A stretch of 64,000 bases of DNA, taken from contig CAJINV010000004.1 in NCBI GenBank assembly GCA_905178155.1, forward strand, positions 8,392,882-8,456,881, written 5' to 3'. A program made the position numbers and the translations under genes. Of the stretch, positions 58,601-64,000 are shown piece after piece. Position 1 is the stretch's first letter, and each line of letters opens with the position of its first letter. Source of the DNA: Amoebophrya sp. A120. Lineage: Eukaryota > Protista > Dinoflagellata. Under the pieces are notes generated by a model. The model was not told the DNA's origin. It did no database searches and worked only from the letters and a program-made list of their open reading frames with translations.

Positions 58601-59648
58601 AATCCTCGCGGGCGGTGGAGCTCGCATATGAACTGCAAATATGTCTGGGTCTGGAAGAGTGTAAAATTGTCATGCAGATTTTCCATGGCCCATGAGATCT
58701 GGAATGGGAGACCTAGCATGACAGACTCTGTGAGGTCTCTGTCATGGCTATCCTGCAATGAGAAATTCCCTCCCAGCTTGGTCGAAAGGGGGCAGCTTTT
58801 GGCACTCATGCAACACAAACCTTTGCATGATACGGATTTAGCATGACAAGTTGCAACCTTCCAGACCCAGACATATTTGCAATGCATAGCGCACTTACCT
58901 CCGCCATGTCGTCGGAAGGAAGCTGCTGCTGCGAGGGAACTCCCGTCACACCAGTACTAGCGACATTTCTCGCCCTGCTGCTGCTACTGGATGCTTGCTG
59001 AACTGTTTGTAACTGATTCGGGAGCTGCACACCCGATGATCCCCCTCGCGAGGGCGGCGGAGCGGCCTGGCCAGTATTATTTCTACTGCCAGACGAGCTC
59101 GAAGATGGACCCCCTGCTCTACCCCCGAAAGGCGTCGAGTTTGCCAGCGCCGCGTTCAGAAATGGCTGCTGCAGTCGGGGCGCGGCGCCCAGGCCGCGAG
59201 TTTGATGATGCATCGTTGATGAACTCGAGCTGCTGGCGCTCGCTTGCTGCTGCTGTGTCCTCTGCACTTCTTGTTGCAGCTCTGCCGGAGGTGGCGGTGG
59301 TGGGGGCGGCTGCGGCTGGGCACCCTCTACTGTACCAGCGGATTGTTGTTCAAAGCCCCTCCGCCCTCGGGTACTACTCCTCGACCCTCGGCTGTAGGAA
59401 AACATGGAGCTGCTCCTGCGCCGGATGGTTGTCGTCGACGGTAGAAGCCTGCGGAATAAAGATCCAATCGCAGCAGAGGTCCTCGTCCCGGTAGTCCGGC
59501 CCCTTGCTAGCACTGCCGTCTGTTGTTCCTCTGATGTCGCTGTTGATGCCTCGGTCGTTCTACTTGTGACCGCATGTACTACAGAAGCTCCTCGTCGTGC
59601 TGTTTCGCTCCCCTCGTGTTGCGCGCTTGCCTGGTGGGGGGTCGACAT
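55654..59648 (-). CDS. C-terminal C3HC4 RING finger protein with coiled coil (putative E3 ligase)
   Basis: Reconstructed CSVCLDKPS|QVVFYPCCHLVCCPE|CSTQLQHCPVCRRVIHQKLPVFIA*; upstream exons join in frame across 4 more introners and a probable GT-AG intron near 56910-57098; junction near 56460-56644 uncertain. Confidence 0.8.
55733..56053. mobile_element. Introner family E (321 bp)
   Basis: Flanks attcg/gttcg; nearly identical to 24961-25281. Confidence 0.92.
56105..56427. mobile_element. Introner family E' (323 bp)
   Basis: Perfect TSD actgg. Confidence 0.9.
57300..57617. mobile_element. Introner family H (318 bp)
   Basis: TIR TATGG(A/G)AG(C/T)GTCAGGA..GAAATC; flanks tagtc/tggtc. Confidence 0.85.
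57782..58098. mobile_element. Introner family C (317 bp)
   Basis: Perfect TIR TATCCTGAGTAAAAACGTACCCACACCAGAGT; TSD gacgc. Confidence 0.92.
58153..58435. mobile_element. Introner family C (283 bp), intact
   Basis: Perfect TSD aaaag. Confidence 0.92.
58627..58888. mobile_element. Introner family A (262 bp)
   Basis: Flanks tcgca/gcgca; reverse-complement relative of 4231-4497. Confidence 0.9.
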
Positions 59649-61999
59649 TCGTTATTTCTTCTACTGTGCATTTATTTGTTCACCTCGGTGTACTGTGGTG
59701 TCCGTCACGCTGACGCTTTAATATTTGGAAGAAGTACAATTTCCACTCACGACCGCGATGAAGTAATAGTAAACAAACTGGAAAATAAACCATGCAGTGT
59801 CGGAGAGCTGCTGTGCCCAGGACCAGGACGAGTGAAACCAAACAGAAGACTCTAATATTAACTACGCTGATAGAAGACCACTCTCAGAGCAGGCAGACGG
59901 GAAAAGGCTTTTACTTTTGCTGAACAGGAGAACACACGAAGTGCAAGAACATCGTTGCCCCAATGCGATGAGATGCTGTCGTTCATTTTTGCCGAAAAAA
60001 TTGGAACTTCGTTCTCCCTTCTCGGTAGTCGTACATTTGTAAAAATGAGAATAGTCCCAGTCCCTCTACTGCGTTCAGAAGCACCAAACAATGTTGGTTA
60101 CAACTCGTGGATGCATATGCAGCAATGCGCGTCGGTAGAAAAAAAATCATGCGGGGAAAAACGATAAAAGTCGAAGTCGCGTTGGAAAGCCGACGTATCG
60201 GTCGCTGTGCTAATACAGCCTCCCTGCTAGTAGAAGATGTAGAAGATGTAATATTCGCCTGTCGCTAGTACCTCTACGGAGTTGATGGAGTGGTTCCGAC
60301 TCTCAAATCTATACTTGAATTTGCAACTACAAGGTTGCGGCGTCTGCTTGCTAACACCAGTAGATTCCGAACAACATCTTCCGAACTTGCAGGGCGCGCG
60401 CATCCGAAAATGAGCGAGAGCTACCGGTGAAGCTGGAAATAAACGCATGTTGCAAAATAATAAATCACTACAAGCAGCCAGCTACTACTGCAGCGCAATT
60501 GTTGTACTGATCAAATCTTCCAATCGCTATGTTTCCGTTGTGCGGTCTGATATCGTGGTGGGGCGGACCACGTTCTTGCTTACTGTCGGTCGAGGTGTCT
60601 CTCTGTAGTAGTGGTCTTGATGATTTTTTTAGTGTTAGTTTTGCCGCAGCGGTTATCTACTTTCGCGGCGACAAAACCAGCGCTGTTTCAAGGTTGTTTT
60701 CATTTTACTTCAGCCTAAGAAGACCGAGACAGTACTATGAGGAAGCTCTACGTAGTGCAGGTAGATTTTTTACATGTTCGATTTTTATTTACTCAAGAAG
60801 TTCATAGAAGAAGTACTTGGTTTAGGTTTTACTACAAGAATCTTATAAATGTTGTGAGAAGTACTTAGCAAAGCTGCACTGGGGTCTTGTTTCGCCGGAG
60901 AAATATTGTAGAAGTAGCAGCACATTGACATTTCCCGTTGTGAGCGGTGTCTCGACGGCGCTACAATATTGACTACGAGGTCAAGGAAAAAAGGACAGAA
61001 AAAATGAAGATACATCGTACACTTGCCGGCCGCGACCGTCCGAAAGGCGAAACTGTTCTTTCCACCCTAGAGATAGAGTACAGCTAGAGCAAATTTATAA
61101 CTCGTCTTGCCGAATCTGCTACAAAAAGAACTCCACTCCGTTCTAGGGTGGTGGTAATATGCCTTGTGATTCTGTCTCTTGTTAATTTTTTCTGCGGGTC
61201 CTTAAGTCTGTTTCTATTAATGTAACAAGAAGTGGCAGTTATGGTGTACGCCTAGTGTACAGTGGTCATAATCTTCCAGAGGCAAGTGTAAGTATCATCT
61301 GTGAGTGTCTTTGTCGTTTTTTTTTTGTACAAATATGGAGAAAAAAAATGAATATCATACTGACCCCGGCGTGATCCTGTCTCGGAGCCCACGCAACCTG
61401 CCGCGCGGTAGCAGAGCCTTGCGATTTATTGGCTACATACAGGAATAATTTCCGCATGGGTCGTCGTGATATGTTGTCAGCATCAAGAAGCAAGCCGTGA
61501 ATGATAACCTACACAACACAAGAAAAACCAATGCGTTTAGTATGTCTGAGTTGCGTATCATGTGTCTTGGAGTCTTTCGAGTGTTTACGCAACAGAAGAC
61601 TTTCTTGGTTTCAGTGAAGATGCAGGATAATTTTTCAAGACCATCACCATTCTTTACTCTTCACGAACTTACAAAAAATCTTGATGCGACGTGACTATAC
61701 TGTGACTATAGATGAGATTCTGGATGTGTTTCGTCTAAGCTGCTGCAGCGCAACGAACGAGCAACTGCTGGGAACTACTGTAAAAACTGTGACTATAGAA
61801 TGAGATTCTGGCGCGCGCGCGTGCGCTCCTTTTGCTAAAATTTTTGTGACTATATCGAGAAAAAGCGTCGAGTGACTTTTGCTTGCTAATAATATTTATG
61901 GGGGTTCTTGTTGTTATAGAGCCTCTGTTGTGACTTTTTTTTTGCTGAAAATTGAAATACTTCGGAGTGTTTCTTCAATTTGGTTTTGGGAGTAGTAAA

Positions 62000-63859
62000 C
62001 GGGCACAGCACGCGGGTCTTGCGTTGGTCGTGTTTTTTTGCGAAATAAAATCATTGCGCCTCTGGCACGAGGTTCTGGTAGCAGACCGCATCGGCCGCAA
62101 CGCCTTCGAACTTTATAACTGCCGTGATGAAGCCCATGTCGAGCTTGCCTCTTGCAAATTGCGGAAAGCAGTCGCCGTAGTAGAAGACCTGTAGTGGTTG
62201 TGGAAGTAGTTATTCTTATTTTCATCGCGATTACCTCCATTTCTCATGCAAAAAATCTATGTATTGGCTTCGGCTGAACTACACACATCGATGTTCACAT
62301 GAATCCACAACTCCTGCACCTTCACCTTCACAACAATACGGAAATACCTTCTCTTGCGGCGGCCCGTTCGTGTACCCTTCCGTCTCCGGTCCCTCGACCC
62401 AAAAGGCCGCGGTTCCCATCGTTAAATCGATCTCGCACCAGATGAAATCACCGTGTTCAAAGGGTCGCACGACGAACTCTTTGCACCGGGTCACATCGGC
62501 CTTGCGCCGGACGCACACAATCCCCTTCCGGGACACGAAAATGGACTGGATGCGCTGGATGTTCTTCGCGCAGGGAAGTTTATTGGAGAAGACGAACCCG
62601 ATGCCGTCCGCCATACTAAACCCTTCCTCATTGTCGCCGTCGGTTTTTTCTGTTTGATAGTTCTTGGGATGCTATTTTCATAGTACAGTTTCCAATGTGC
62701 TGTGCTGCTGGCCAGCACGCAGGAGAACAATAATTCTCCAGTGTACTAAAAGTAGAAATAAGTATTCCTGTCGTGGTCGACCAGCCGCGCATGTGGAAAA
62801 AACCAGCAAATAAACCCTCTTTATATATTTTTACCTCGGAACCGTATGCAGTAGCGGTGTCTGCCCTGGTGGCGTATTCGGTCTTCGGACAAGGTTGATA
62901 GCAGGTCGTTGTACGCTTTGCCCTTGATGAAAATCGTCGAGTCGCCGTCCAGCCGACCCATCCGGAGCGACTCGCCGTGCCAGATCAACTGCTCTCGGGT
63001 CCACCGGTACCCCGGCGGGGTTTTCATTTCGGCGCGCCGCACGTGGCGGTCGCAGGGACCCGTGATGGGCCAGATGGCGGTGCCTGGAATGGATTTGTTG
63101 TTGCAGGTAGAAGTTGTAATGTTGTCATGACGCCGGAGCAAACCGAGGACGCGAATGGGATCTTGCATAAATTTGATGATGAGCTGTATCGCAAACACGA
63201 AAAACTGTCAAAATTGTTTTCTACTTCTGTAAAAAAAGTACCATCTCAAAATAGGAAAGTATTATACTGTCTTTCCCGCCTTTCGCATTTTTCCCGGCGC
63301 CTTTCTGGACGCTTGGCGTGTACTGCTGCCTTGGCGGCTCGTGGTGCTGGTTGCGGTAGGCTGCGGCACCGTCTTGCTGCGTCGTCGGGGAGGATTTGCC
63401 ACTGGGCGCCCGGGTCGTCTTCGTGCCCGAAGCTGCGGAGCTGGAGGACGAGGAAGTTGGCCGCTTGTCAACCTGTTGTGGTACCTGCTGCGCCGGCTTG
63501 TTTGGATAGAGGGGAGACGGAAAATGTTGAACTTGATGTGTAGTCCTTGTTCCCCCGAAGTGCTGTTTTTCCAGCGCTCTACGCTGCGCCGCGGTCAGGC
63601 CGCTTGCGTCGATAGTGGTATCGTCGTCCTCCTCTCCGGTCGTGGCCGCAGGGTCTAATTGTTCGAAGGGGTCCTGGACTACATGTTGGTCCGCAGCAGC
63701 GAAGTGGTGCATTTGCTGCTGCGCCGCTTGAATCTGGGCCATCATGTAGGGATCCAGCGCAAACTGGTGCGCATGATGTGCAGCTGCACTCGGGTCCAGG
63801 TGGGCCGTAGCGTGTTGATCCTGTTTTCGATTCACAGAAAATAAATTGCGTCGTGACAA
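62000..63859 (-). CDS. Multi-exon hypothetical protein with Gln/Ser-rich N-terminus and a beta-rich C-terminal domain (ADGIGFVFSNKLPCAKNIQRIQSIFV)
   Basis: Three consecutive protein-like ORF segments; possible decayed introner at 63088-63266 (GKD|STAIW); other junctions unresolved. Confidence 0.55.
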
Positions 63860-64000
63860 CTCGGATCATTTCTTGGCAGCATCAAGCAACATCTCCGCAT
63901 GGGATAGAAAGGCAGCGAAAGTTTTTTAATAAAAATATCTGCACGCACAAAAAGAAAATCCTATCTGTCCGCCAAGTTCATATCTACACAGTACGATGTT

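Noticed and set aside
47-58887. Many short ORFs sharing peptides such as FQTQTFLHLI, KMSGSGR, CKNVWVWK
   Set aside because: These are translations of the family-A TIR in different frames, not a protein family.

Overview
Eukaryotic genomic DNA, most consistent with the parasitic dinoflagellate Amoebophrya (Syndiniales); this is inferred from intron style, not from a database search. All reconstructable genes lie on the minus strand. They include an ATG1/ULK kinase, a C3HC4 RING protein, two pairs of duplicated genes and several low-complexity proteins. They are interrupted by about 45 non-canonical introner elements from many unrelated families. These elements have terminal inverted repeats (TIRs) starting TAT-N7-AAA, a 5-bp target-site duplication (TSD), no GT-AG ends, and a shared internal GCAT(G/C)ACA motif. 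At nearly every coding site checked, removing the element plus one TSD copy restores the reading frame. TSD mismatches that would create stops or remove a zinc ligand place the junction between TSD nt 4 and 5 in gene sense. A segmental duplication (about 2-18 kb vs 18-28 kb) gives reciprocal filled and empty sites. Several introners carry nested cargo, including a 3978-bp insert inside an ATG1 introner, exactly at the CATGACA motif. No transposase is visible. Coordinates were counted by hand and may be off by 1-2 nt.
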